From Eledone cirrhosa (lineage: Eukaryota), in assembly GCA_964016885.1 (NCBI GenBank), contig OZ024742.1:74338001-74402000 (forward strand): a DNA stretch of 64,000 nucleotides. The letters run 5' to 3'. The notes under the pieces are model-generated. The model was not told the DNA's origin. It saw only the letters and a list, made by a program, of their open reading frames with translations, and did no database searches. Shown here piece by piece: positions 1-12,400 of this stretch. The translations under genes were made by a program, and so were the position numbers. Position 1 is the first letter of the stretch, and each line of letters begins with the position of its first letter.

Positions 1-614
1 TACCTCCCTATTGTGCTACTAGGGATTCGGTCAACGGTGAAGGTCGACTTTGGATTTTCACCGGCCGAAGTACTGTACGGTGCCCCTCTGACATTGCCCG
101 GGCAAATGCTTGCCCCTATCGATCTTGATGCCCAAGATCACGCTTCCTACGTGTCCCGTTGCGCTCCTATTTCCAGGATTTGCCGCCAATGGACACTAGG
201 AAACAAACTGTCAAGACTGCTGTCCCGAGGGATGTTGCCTCGTGGACACATGTCTTTGTAAGGAAAGATTCTGTGAAGCCCCCGCTCACACAGCCTTACA
301 CTGGACCTTACCGTGTCTTAGCGCGCTCGGCTAAGCATTTCACTTTAGATATTAAAGGATCCAGGGAGACAGTTACAATAGACAGACTTAAGCAGGCACA
401 CCTTGACACGGACGCTGTGGTTCCTGATCCACGAACCCCTTCGTATTTGCCTGTTGAGCGAACGCCTGTTCCTGAACCACCATCATCGCCTGTCCCTACA
501 CCACCACCATCGCCTGTCCCTACACCACCACCATCGCCACGTTACAAGACCACGATCCGTTCAGGTCGTAGGGTCCACTGGCCCAAAAAACTTTGCAGCA
601 CCGTCTATATTTAG
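1..614 (+). mobile_element. Ty3/Gypsy LTR retrotransposon, 3' end of pol (integrase C-terminus), frameshifted near 160
   Basis: ORFs 13-261 and 159-614 give LLGIRST..GFSPAEVLYG and PLTQPYTGPYRVL..TVTIDRLK (GPY/F module); element runs off the left edge. Confidence 0.85.
477..540 (+). repeat. 24-bp tandem repeat (PPPSPVPT) in integrase tail
   Basis: ccaccaccatcgcctgtccctaca repeated about 2.7 times in frame. Confidence 0.8.
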
Positions 615-836
615 ACTGTGTTAGCTGCACACTTTTTTTTTGCTTCTGTGTTTCTGCTTTTTCTTTGCCTTTTTTTATGCATGCATGTTGTGTTTTTTAA
701 CATTTTTCAAATCCTTATTCTGGATTTAATGATTGGTAGAGCGAATAGCTCCCCCTTGTTGCATTGTTCGCCATCTTACTCCACGTGTGAGTAATAACAT
801 CGATTTTCGATGATTTGAAAATCTGGCAAGAGGTAC

Positions 837-1215
837 TGTAGTAAGGCGCCTCACGCCCTGGCAGATAATGGACCAGGCCTAGTTGTCTCCCCCTGGTTGA
901 GAACACCGAGGAGAGCAGACAGCCACGGAAAAGCAGACGGCATACACGCCACAGAAAACAGCCCCTGTACCACGAAACGATAAACAGCCAAGGGAACAGC
1001 AAACAGCAAACCCCACAATACCTTTGTAATTGTAATACGTTCCCTTCACCACAACTGACCGCGTCTATATTTGGTATGTTTCATTTGTAATATAATAAAC
1101 ACATATAAACATAATAAACATCACCATTATTTACATTTGTTGAATATAACTCTCGTTGTGGTTATTGTCTTGTTTACGCACACACCCACTCACTTTGTTA
1201 TAATTCTCACTTACA
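837..1215 (+). mobile_element. Probable 3' LTR of the Gypsy element
   Basis: Purine-rich ggcaagagg (decayed PPT) then TGTA...TACA termini with internal AATAAA near 1094; partner LTR is outside the window. Confidence 0.55.
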
Positions 1216-1293
1216 AAAATGGTAAATAGACGAGGAACCTTCCCTCACGTCTATGTCGATAAACAATCCAACTAGGATACTTCATTTTACCAC

Positions 1294-1329
<36 letters not shown>

Positions 1330-1782
1330 ATATATATATGAGATGAATAAATTTGGTATAATACCAGTTCCTTACCAAATGCGAAGAAGATCGCAAAGCA
1401 TAATTAAAAAAAAACTATATATATATAGAGCGGTGGTGGAACTGGGTGGGGAGGATGCCCCCTTCCAATAATTATATTTTCTCCCCAAACTACCAAAACA
1501 CACGTCTACTTGGATATGCGCTACAATTTATATACATGTTATGTTTATCGCATATCGAAGTTTTCTGATCATTTTAGAGTGCAAAGAGTTAAACTAAACT
1601 TCCACCGCCCCTGCAAATAGTAATAATAAATACAAAGACCAAAATCCGAAGAGGGCTTGATAAGGATTGTATATATAAATAAAAAAGTATGTATAAACCC
1701 GTAGTATGTATATTTATTATTAGTACAGATTAAAGTTTAAGCAAAGAATTTCTGCTTTCACCCTATAATGTATAATATATAT

Positions 1783-1900
1783 ACACACATGTTGTCCCCC
1801 ACCCACCCCCAAAATGTATACACAATTTGATTACCTGTACAGGCAATATTTATTAGAATGCTGTTGAAGTATGTATACATTTTTGGGGACACCCTGTATA

Positions 1901-1955
<55 letters not shown>

Positions 1956-2180
1956 CTTAGAGATTAGACTCAATGGGGTCATTTACAATCATTTCAGCTC
2001 TAATATATATATACACATGTTGTGCCCCCAAAAATGTATAGATACTTTGATCACCTGTACAGGCAATATTTATTAGAATACCGTTGAGGTGTGTATATAT
2101 TTTTTGGGGACACCAAAATATATATATATACAGATTGTCCCCCCAAAATGTATACACACTTCAACAGAATCCTAATATAT
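1783..2180. mobile_element. Three ~110-bp Tc1/mariner-type MITE copies in (TA)n
   Basis: Ends gttgtcccc..aaaatgtatacac / tgtatacatttttggggacaccctg form terminal inverted repeats; two direct copies (~1783-1896, ~2013-2115) and a partial inverted copy (~2131-2178), separated by TA runs. Confidence 0.65.
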
Positions 2181-3042
2181 ATAAAACGTAGGAAGTGTGG
2201 TAAGGAACCAGATGGACCATAACACACCAGAGTACTCAATACTTAGGGTAGTAGAGTGGGTAATAGGAAAATGTTCAAGACACCGACGGCAGAGCTCAAG
2301 CCGTTTCGACGGCTATTTCTGGACTAAAGTAGAATTTTTAGCGTGGTAATAAATAGCCGAACTTTTCAAGGAGTAATTCCTTATATGGGAAGGTTGTAGT
2401 TGTCAAAAGGATTATTCAAAATTTCTTGTAAACACAATTAAATCCTTCATGGCGGTGGGTGGTAGGTGGGAGTGGCTGAACTTTCCTGTAGAACAATGGG
2501 GGAGTGGGTGGAGCCGTTCAAGCGATGAAAGTGAATTCTATACAGCAAATTCTAAGGAGTGTGTATGAAATTAGGCTAGTTAGGAAGCAGGCGAAAAAGG
2601 AATTCTGGAGGAATCTGAGAGTAGCAAGTTATAAAATTAGAAAGTTAATAAATTGAGAATAAAAAAAAAAAAAAAATAATAATATTAAAAAATTAAATAA
2701 AAAACCCCCCCAAAATCGATTCTAAAGCAGCTGCTATATATTTAGCTGGTATTGCGTTTTCGGCCAATGCTATATAGAATTTATTGGGGTGGGGGTACTG
2801 AGGCTACAAAAGCCCGATGGGCTGCCTCAGGGTAAGCGAAAGAGGAAAAAGGAAAAGGAAGAGGGGAGGGAGTGGAAGGATTGCGTAGGACTTACTTCGC
2901 CCTCAAACCCCCTCATGACCCGGGTGGGTAGACAATGGCTGCAACATCCTTTTTTTCCCCACTTGCCGAACAAGATAGGGAAACCCCAGCATACATAGGT
3001 AGATGTACTTCTTTTCTACGACTTTATCAGGAGTTACGGGTC

Positions 3043-3070
3043 CATACCATACCATACCATACCATACCAT
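3043..3070 (+). repeat. (CCATA)n tail ending an unassigned retroposon 3' end
   Basis: ccataccataccat run directly after ctacgactttatcaggagttacgggt. Confidence 0.7.
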
Positions 3071-3458
3071 TCTACATTTATTAATTCCTCATTTCAGGAA
3101 TAGTGTCATTAGTTTACATATATCTTAGGTTACATATATCTTAGGTAGTATGACAAGGGTAAACCGCATGAGATCATCCTACGTCATGGTTTATTTTGAT
3201 TCCTCAAATGTCAGCATCCACTAACGCATCACAGAACTCTGAACACATAGTTTAAAGCACCGGCTGGGATCTACATGATCGATGAAACTATTGACGACGA
3301 ATTCCCAGTAAGACAGCCGACCAATTGAACAGAAATCATTAAAAGATCCGAATCACCTTTTATCGTTATTACTCATTTGCCTAGTTTATGAATGAAATGA
3401 GAATCAGCAATAAATTGATAATAATTACTAATACAAAAAACGTGAAATGTGTAGAGTT

Positions 3459-3461
<3 letters not shown>

Positions 3462-3529
<68 letters not shown>
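3462..3529. repeat. (CT)n microsatellite
   Basis: Direct reading. Confidence 0.95.
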
Positions 3530-3533
<4 letters not shown>

Positions 3534-3763
3534 CATGTGAGTTAGAACGTTTATGCGCATTTTCGTATACGTGTCTGTATATATTTTTTATGAACACGTT
3601 CGTTATTCATTAATGGCTTTTTCTTTATTGCATAGTAAATGACATTTTTCTTTATTGCATAATATATAAATAGGGAAAAATAGATATAAAGTAGACCAAA
3701 TATATAAATAGGTAGGTATAGAGACAGACGTAGATACATAGATAAGTACACTGATGTAGAGGG

Positions 3764-3811
3764 AGATAGATAGATGGATAAATTTCTTTATTAGCCACAA
3801 GGGCTAGATTA

Positions 3812-3851
<40 letters not shown>

Positions 3852-3852
3852 A
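3764..3852. repeat. (GATA)n microsatellite containing a ~25-bp Tx1 3'-terminal stub
   Basis: GATA runs flank tttctttattagccacaaggg (3783-3803). Confidence 0.8.
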
Positions 3853-4085
3853 TTTCTATTTATTTGCCACGTGGGCACAAAAGAAAGGGACACATACATG
3901 GAGGGTGGGGAGTTTACATAGAAATAGAGTAAAAAAATGTAATAACAAATAAAATTATAACAAAAAGGTCCTCAATAGGGAGGGATCGTTTTGGGGGTCA
4001 CACACACCCCCGAAAAAAAATGTGCGACCCTTCTTTACGGGAGCACAAAGAGAGGGTGCTCCCTTCTTCCTTCATCCTTTTCCAC

Positions 4086-7000
4086 CTACAGGCTGAGGTA
4101 GAGAGAAGGCCCATTCACACGGGCCATTCTCGCAACTTTCACCCACCTTTCATAAAACTTGCTGGGGTAGAGCACCTCTCTCTCCATTCTGATCCTTCTT
4201 CATGGTATTTGAAAAAAAAGACCAGTTGTTGGCCGGAGAGAAAGGTGTCCGCCCTCAGCCCTTTCAGCCTCGTCCACCATGCAACCTCTTTAGCCATGGC
4301 TATCACACAGAGGAAAACCGCCTCTCCTTGGTTTTTGAAGGGGGGAGGCGGCTTGATCGTGACAATGGACTCGGTTGTCAACCGGATTGGTCCCACCCGC
4401 TACAGTAGTCGTTCCACATAGCCCCACAGGTCAGCAACGCCCGGGCAGTGTACGAATGCGTGCGCGACGGTTTCCTCGTCACGCACGCATCTCGGACAGA
4501 TCTTTTTCGAGGGATCCCTACCCGGGCGCCCGTGTCTGTAGAGCTTGTCCCGTACGGATAGAGCCCCTCGGTAGCACTGCCAGGCCAAGGACTTTTGGAA
4601 GTTGCCCATCGGTCCCGGTCCAAACGTCCTACCGAACAAACTGGCTAGTTCGTCTTCCTCCATGCCCAGAGCTTCTCCGAGAGCGTCGTCGCACCTGCTG
4701 CGAACCAACCCTCTTTAGAATGTCGAGCTGGAGTCTCCACTGATTGCCGGGTCCGCTTGCCAGAAGGCCGTGAGCACCTGGGAACATTCAATGTACCAGT
4801 CGCTCACTTTTCTCGGTCTTTGCTTGACCCAGGATTGCAGCTCGGTGAGCGAGACGAGTCTCGGAAAGGCGCGCCTCACAAACGAAGCCCACACCGATTG
4901 ACCGGTGAGGAATACCTCGAGGTGCCTTAGCCTTAATGCGTGTTTATGCATCGCCAACCACGGCATCCCCAGCCCTCCGTTCGAAGGGTGTTGACAGCAG
5001 ATGGATCTCCTAACCAAAGGGGCCCGCTTCTTCCAAAGGAATTGGAAGAGCGCGCGCTCCATTTTGGAGCCTGTTTTCGCTGGGCAAGACACGACGGTCA
5101 AGCGGTAGTAGATGACGGACGCTATATAAGTGTTCGCCATCTCCGCTCGACTTCTGGGCGAGTGAAAACACCCTAGCCGTTACCTCATCCCAGTTTTTCT
5201 CCACCTGGAGATTGGTCCGAACCAGACCCCGAGCAGCTTTACCGGCCCCTCCGGCCAGCGTCCGACGACGCTGTCGGAGTGCATCGGTTTGCCTCTCCAC
5301 GTTCCGAGTTGCAAACCGACGGACTTGTCCCTGTTCAGCTTGGCTCCTGTAAACCTTTCGTATTCCTCCAGTAAGGTGCCGATCTCCCCGATTTGCGAAG
5401 CGCTCGACACCATTACTGTCACGTCATCGGCATAAGCCGACACCGCTTTCCGCAATCCCGGTTCCAAAGGGATGCCCTGCAACAGCTTCAGCTTCCGCAG
5501 TAGTGGCTCGAGAGCCAGCGCATACAGAAAGGAGGAGAGAGGGCACCCCTGTCGGATGGATCGAGTGATTTGGAACGGCTCCGAGAGATAGCCGTTCACC
5601 TTGAGCCTTGAGCAGCTGTTGCTGCTGTACATCACAGCAATCCAGCCCCTGAAAACGGGTCCGAAACCTGCCACCGCGAGCACCGCATCCAGGTAACGAT
5701 GGTCAACCCTATCGAACGCCTTAGATTGATCCAAGTTGATCAGGGCCCCACCAAAGCCGGGTTTACACCCTACTCTCTCTACGATATATCGCATGAGGTG
5801 GAGGTTGTCGTGAATGGACCTGGACGGGATTGCGCATGTCTGCGCTTCTGCCACCAGGTTCCCGACGACAAGCGCCAACCTCTTCGCTAACACCTTGGCC
5901 AAAATCTTTAACTCTGCGTTTAGCAGAGTTATGGGCCTAAAATTACTTATCTCATCCCCCTTGTTCTCGTCCTTCCTCACCAGAGTGACTACGCCCTTGG
6001 TCAGAGAACTGGGAATTCTCCCGTTCTGTTGCCAGTTGCAGTAGACCGCCTCGAGGAGATTGGAGAACAAGTCCGACTTGCTACATACATTTTCGTATGG
6101 TAGACCATCGAGACCCGGAGATTTGCGTTTGCTGCATTGGCTCAGCGCTTCCACTATTTCAGCTGAAAATCGGCCTTTCGCAGGACTTCGCCTCCTCGTC
6201 CGAGAGCCGCGGTAGACCGTCGAGGTATGGACCGAAATCCATAGTCTCACCCGCCCCCGCCCCTCCCGAACAGTCGTTCAAAGTGCCGTTGAAAGGCTCG
6301 GGTACAAGGATCACACGCCCATTCTGGTCCTTCAGAGACCGAATCGTGGATTTGTTTCCATTTTTTGCCTCTGTCATTCGGGTCCAGCTAACAGCTTTGG
6401 CTCCCTCGTTACCCAGAGCACGTATTTTACTCCTGACAACGCAGCCCTCGTGCTTCGCGTCAAAGAACTGGTCTAAGACCGTTTTTGACGCCAGCAGGTT
6501 GGCCACGTTGCCACTCCTAATCGACTCTTCTACTCTATCTACTAATTCCTTTTCAGTTTTATTCCTATCTCTTTCTAATTCCTGACTAAAACCTATCGAT
6601 TCTATTCTAATTGCTCTCTTGAGAGAGCCCCACCACCTGCTGTTGACAATTGTCCCTGTCAACCGCTGCTTAACTAAAGTGCTAATCCGTTTACTGTAAG
6701 CTTTGTTTGTCGGTAAGGACAAGTTTAGCTTCCAGAAACCGGGTCCCTGTCTATGGGTTCTATCAAGGTTGAGTATGCAGGCCACTAACTTGTAATCCGA
6801 ATAGTCAACCATGAACATTTTTGGACAGCTTAATATGTCCCTATCCTTATTTCTAACTAGGACCCTATCTAGGTACGACATAGATGTTCCGCTGCGGTTA
6901 GTCCACGTCCACAGTGGCACAGTCGGAAAATCTAGTCGATATCTATCGGCCAGGTCAAATCGGCCGATTAACCGTTTGAGGCTGTTACACCTCTCTTTAT

Positions 7001-7434
7001 CGGGACATGCCCCTACATAGTCCCAACGTGCATCCAGGATACTATTCCAGTCCTCCACTAAAAGCAAGGAGTGGGACGTTTCTAGAAAAGTCTCTAAGCG
7101 TTGGAAGAAGTCCGGCCGCGGTGTCCACCTTTACCACTGCCGACGTCTAGAACCCTCAGTCGACCCTCCGGGTCCAGGTGTACCTTATGTGTGGCAAGAC
7201 CCAGGTGTTTTCGCAGCAGAACGACAACCCCAATCCCACCCCCAGCTAACAGAGTGATGCGTAGATCTCAAAGTCGTCGAAGATGGAGGCCAGTTGGCGC
7301 TCGTTGCTGATCCTGAACTCGCAAATAGCCATTACACCCACTCTGTGCGACGTGAGGTCATTTAAGTGTTTGCCCTGTTTCCAGGACATCCCCAGGCCGC
7401 GTGTATTCACACATCCAACTCTTATATTGGCCAT
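4086..7434 (-). pseudogene. Tx1-A ORF2 (APE endonuclease-RT), broken by frameshifts/deletions
   Basis: Collinear ORF pieces 7246-7434, 6159-7067, 5180-6250, 4715-5140, 4139-4396 match intact ORF2 27218-30637. Confidence 0.88.
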
Positions 7435-7475
7435 GTTGGTGCTGAAGAGTTAAAAGGAAGAGGAAAAGAAATTAC

Positions 7476-9120
7476 TTACCTCTTCGTCTCCTGGGGACCA
7501 GGCTACACAATTTCCATGGGGGTGTTGGAAGGGTTGTTTGGTGGTGTGGTGGTTTGTAGTGGGGTGTGGGTGTCTGGGGTGGGGGTGGGGAAACATTTCA
7601 ATAGGACGCGGTTAAATGGTTTGGTGCAGGGGGGCCCCACATCCATTGAATGGTTCTTTTTCAGTGTTATATAGGTATCCATTGGGACCCTAATTATCTT
7701 TAGGTGCGGTTTGCCCGCTGTGTAGGTGAAAGTGATCCTTCGGGTTCCACCGAAGGGTTATTGTCTATTGCTTTCATCAAAGTTTTATTGTTCTTGTTAA
7801 TGTATGTATAGTGTTTTTGTTGTGTTTGTTTTTGTTTGTTGTTCTTGTGTGTGTTTGCGTTTTGTTGTATGTATTTTGTTTTCGGGAAGGGCGGTTCTTG
7901 TTTGGTCTGTTTGTGTTCGTGTTTGTGTGTTTGTTTCGTTTTTGTTCATGTGATGTCTCCTTTTTTTCTTTTCACGGGTTGGAAGGGTTCCCCTTCATCG
8001 CCACTGGGTGACGTTGAAACGGGGTTCTCGTCCGTGTTGTATGGAAGGGGTATATTTTGGGGTTCTGTTGTGACTATGTGTGTTTTTGTATTTGTTTTGG
8101 GTGAGGAGGGTTTGGTGGGACGGTGTTTTGTGTTGTTTTTTCTTGTTGTTTTTGTTGTTGTTGTTGTTGTGGTGGTGGTTGTGTTGTTGTTTGTGGAGTA
8201 GGCAACAGCGCCTTTTTTTTATTTGTCAATTGAGGACAGGCAGCCCTTAGGTGACCTCTGCTTGAGCAGTGGTAACATGCGGGCCGCCTACCCTCAACTG
8301 AGATGTTTATGAATGTCATACCATCCAGGGACACCCTCTGCGGTATTCTAGCGATTCGTTCTGGTCTCATTAGGACCAGAAGCTCCACGCTCGTGCCGCC
8401 GAAAACGACCCCGGTGGCTTCTCCCATTGAAAGGATCTTGTCTTCATCCTCTAAGAATACCGTTAGCACCCACCAAATGCTCGCATTTGGCCGGATTCCT
8501 GAGATTCTAATTTTCTGGGTTCTTTTTCCCAGATATGTAGGGAAAAAGGTGTATAACTTTGATACAATTGGCGACACAGAATATTTCTGGGCCGTCAATT
8601 GATCTTTCATTAAGACCGATATACTCCCATACAGTTTCCCTTTCTGAATGAAAGATATATCAGTCCATGCATTCTTTAGTACCAGATCAATTTCGCTTTG
8701 GGTTAATTGAGCCGGTTTTTTCGTTATGTTCGAAATTGTTCGGAAGGATAAGGTCCTCAGGACCGTCTCTCTTCTAATTTCTTGGAGGGAGGTTATTGTA
8801 AATTCCCCTCCTTCCCCAAAAGTCACATAGTTCCTTGCTTCTTTTAACAATTCTTTTGCATTCAAAATGTCGAGTTGTCTGTAGGTCTGTGTCTCTCGTA
8901 CCGCCTGTGCGAAGGAGACTTCAGTTGTGGGTACGTTTTGTTTGGTCTTGTTGTTGTTATTATTGTTGTTTTCCTTTTTTTTTTTATTGGTGTTTTCCTT
9001 TGCGCTGGTGTTGTTTGTGTTATCGTTGTTGGTGTTGTTGGTTGTGGGGTTCATGCTGTTATTAATTCCATTTGGGTTAGCACCCATTTTTACAAATTTT
9101 TTTATTAATTCCAAGTTCAT
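7476..9120 (-). pseudogene. Tx1-A ORF1 (gag-like, zinc knuckle), disrupted in its 3' part
   Basis: 348-aa ORF 8074-9120 with EGRRPAC-CCHC; terminal QETKR* shared with Tx1-B at 7476. Confidence 0.8.
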
Positions 9121-9374
9121 TGTTTCTTTTTCGGAAGTGAGGAGGGAAGACTTAGCACGTTACGCTGCTTCTTTCTCTGGCAAATTCGTCAACAAATTTT
9201 TACAATGAAAGTTTCACCCCAAAAAGGGGCGAAAATTATTGACCCCAACGTCTGCAGTCCCAGGCGAGGGGTTAAATTAAACAATAAAAACAAATTTAAC
9301 AATAAACTCACAATTATTTGTGTAAATATCCACAATACTCGAGGAGCGAAGTAAACCACGTCTATCGCCACCAA

Positions 9375-9400
9375 GATAGATAGATAGATAGATAGGTAGG

Positions 9401-9447
<47 letters not shown>

Positions 9448-9456
9448 ATAGATAGA
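9375..9456. repeat. (GATA)n spacer between tandem Tx1-A and Tx1-B
   Basis: Direct reading. Confidence 0.95.
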
Positions 9457-12400
9457 TTTCTTTATTTGCCACAAGGGCGCACAAGAAAAGGGGACAATAC
9501 AAAGACACATGCCGGGGATTTTACATACGGGGATTTTACAAACAAACAAATTTAACAATCGAAATCCCCAATAGAGGGGAGGCGTTACAAATGGGTTGTT
9601 TAATACCCCGTCGATAGAACAACCCTCAACTACAGGAGCGTGTTGTGCAAGTGCTCCTTTCTTCCTTTTGCTCTCATCTTCAACCTACAGGTTTATATAC
9701 AGAGAAGGCTTAATCACTCGGGCCATTTTTGCTACATTCACCAACCTTTCAGTAAATTTACTGGGGTGCAGTGCCTCTCTCTCCACTCTGATTCTCCTTC
9801 TAAAGTGGTACCTAAAGAAGGGAATGAGTTATTGTCCGGAGAGAAAGGCATCTGTTCTCAGTCCTTTCAATCTCGTCGACCATATAATCTCTTTTAGCAT
9901 AGCCACTATACAGAGGAAAACCGCCTCTCTTTCGTTTTTGAAAGAAGTTGGTGGTTTGATCCTTACTATGGACTCGGCAGTCAACTGGATTTGTCCCATA
10001 CGTGACAGCAGTTGTTCTGCGTAGTTCCACAGGTCGCTTACGCCCGGGTAGTGTACAATTGCGTGCAAGACGGTTTAAATGTCCTGCTCAAATCTTGGAC
10101 ACGTCCTCTTTGAAGGATCCCTGCCGAGGCGTCCGTGCCTGTAGATCTTGTCTCGAACTGGTAGAGCTCCTCGGTAGCACTGCCAGGCCAGGGACGTCTG
10201 GAAGTTGTCCAGAGGTCCCTGGCAAAGTCCTACCGTACAGACTGGTGAGCTCGTCGTTTTCGACGCCCAGAGTTTCTCCGAGCACGTCGTCGCATTTGTA
10301 ACGTACTAACCCTCTATGATTGCTGTGATCGCTTGAAAGAGGACTGTGAGCGCCTGAGCACATTCAATGTGCCAGGCGCCCATTTTCTTCGGTCTCCGCT
10401 TGACCCAGTACTGCAGCTCCGTCAGCGAAACAAGTTGTGGGAAGGTTTGTCTCACAAACAGGCCCATACCGGTTGTTCGGTGAGGAATACCTGGAGATGC
10501 CGTAGCCTCAGCGCGTGTTTGCGCCTCATCAGCCATGGCATTCCAAGCCCTCTGTTGGAAGGGTTCTGACACCAGACGGATCTCCTCACCAGCGGAGCCT
10601 GTTTCTTCCAAAGGAACTGGAACAGCATGCGTTCCATCTTGGTAAGGTATTCACGGTGACAAGGCACGACGGTCAAGCGGTAGTAGATGACGGACGCTAT
10701 GAAAGTGTTCGCCACCTCCGCTCGATCTTTCAAGGATAGTTTGCACTCTGCCCACATCTGGGTGAGTGAAAATGCCTTGGCCATGACCTCGTTCCAGTTT
10801 TTTTCCACATGGAGGTCGGGACCGAACCAGACCCCGAGCAATTTCACCGATCCTTCCGTCCAGCGTCCGACGACGCTGTCGGACGGCATCGGTTTGCCTC
10901 TCCACGTTCCGAGTTGCAAACCGACAGACTTGTCCGGGTTCAGTTTTGCTCCTGTGAGCCTCTCGTATTCCTGCAGTAATTTGCCGATCGCCCTGATTTC
11001 CGAGGGTTTAGACACCATAACTGTCACGTCGTCGGCATAAGCCGACGCCGCTTTCCGCAGTCCCGGTTCCAACGGGATGCCCTGCAGAAGCTCTAACTTC
11101 CGCAGTAGTGGCTCTAGAGTCAATACGTAAAGAATGGAGGAAAGAGGACATCCTTGTCGGATGAAACGTGTGATTGCGAACGGCTCCGATACGTAGCCGT
11201 TCACCTTGACCGTCGAGCAGATGTTGGTGTGCATTGCTTTGATCCAGCCTCTGAAGACGAGTCCGGAACCGGCCGCCTTGAGAACCACTTCCAAGTATTG
11301 ATGGTCGACCCTATCGAACGCCTTAGACTGATCTAAATTGATCAGAGCTCCACCGAAGCCGGGTTTACACCCTAACCCCTCTATGATGTATCGCATGAGA
11401 TGGAGGTTGTCGTGTATGGACCTGGTTGGAATTGGACACGTTTGAGCTTTTCCCACCAGGTTCTCGACGACAAGCGCCAGCCTCGTTGCTAACACATTGG
11501 CCAGTGTTTAGGAGAGTTATGAGCCTACAGTTGCTTAGTTCGTCCCCCTTGTTCTCGTCTTTCCTGATCAGCGTTACTACGCCCCTGCATGCAGAACTGG
11601 GAATTCTCCCATTCTACTGCCATTTGCAGTAGACGGCTTCGAGTACGCCAGAGAATAAGTCCGGTATGCCTATGTAAAATTCATAGGGTAGACCATCTAG
11701 ACCGGGTGATTTGCGTTTCCCGCAGCGGCCCGCAGTGGCTGTGATCGGTCTTTCGCAGAACTCGGCGTCCATGCTCGAGAGACGCGGTAGGCCGTAATGT
11801 ATGAACCGAAGTCCATTGCCCGCTCTTCTCGAACAGTTGCGCAAAGTGCCGCTGAAAAGCCATGCACATCCGCTTGGAGTCAAGTAGCACGCGTCCGTTT
11901 TGGTCTTTCAAAGACCGAATCGTGGACTTGTTGCCACTTTTCGCCTCTGCCACTCGGGCCGAGCTAACAGCTTTTGCTCCCTCGTTTCCTAGAGCACGTG
12001 ATTTACTTCTGACCACGCAGCCTTCGTGTTTCGCAACGAAGAACTGGTCTAAGGCCGTTCTGTTGCTAGCACTCTAGCTGCGTTGCCACTCCTAAGCGCC
12101 TCCTCTACCTTGGCTACTAGTTATGTTTCTGTTTTGTTTTTCTCTAAGGCTAGTTCTTTTCTAAAAGTTATCGACTCTACTCTAATTGCTTTCTTCAGAG
12201 AGTACCACCATCTATTATTGACATCAACTGTTGCTTAACTAATCTACTAATCCGTCTACTGTAGGCTTTACGTGTCGGTAACGACATGTTCAGCTTCCAG
12301 TATCCGCGTCTTTGTCTATGTGTTCTATCATGGTTGACTATGCAGGTGACTAGATGTCCCGCTGAGGTTTGTCCACGTCCACTGTGGTGCAGTCGGGAAA

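Larger units (their letters stand above)
3853..9374 (-). mobile_element. Tx1-A: full-length, decayed L1/Tx1-clade LINE in (GATA)n
   Basis: ORF1 with CCHC knuckle (CYHCSSRGHLRAAC); ORF2 fragments with APE (NIRVGCVNTRGL), RT (RQGCPLS, AYADD) and C-terminal CPRC..H..C; GATA repeats at both ends. Confidence 0.92.
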
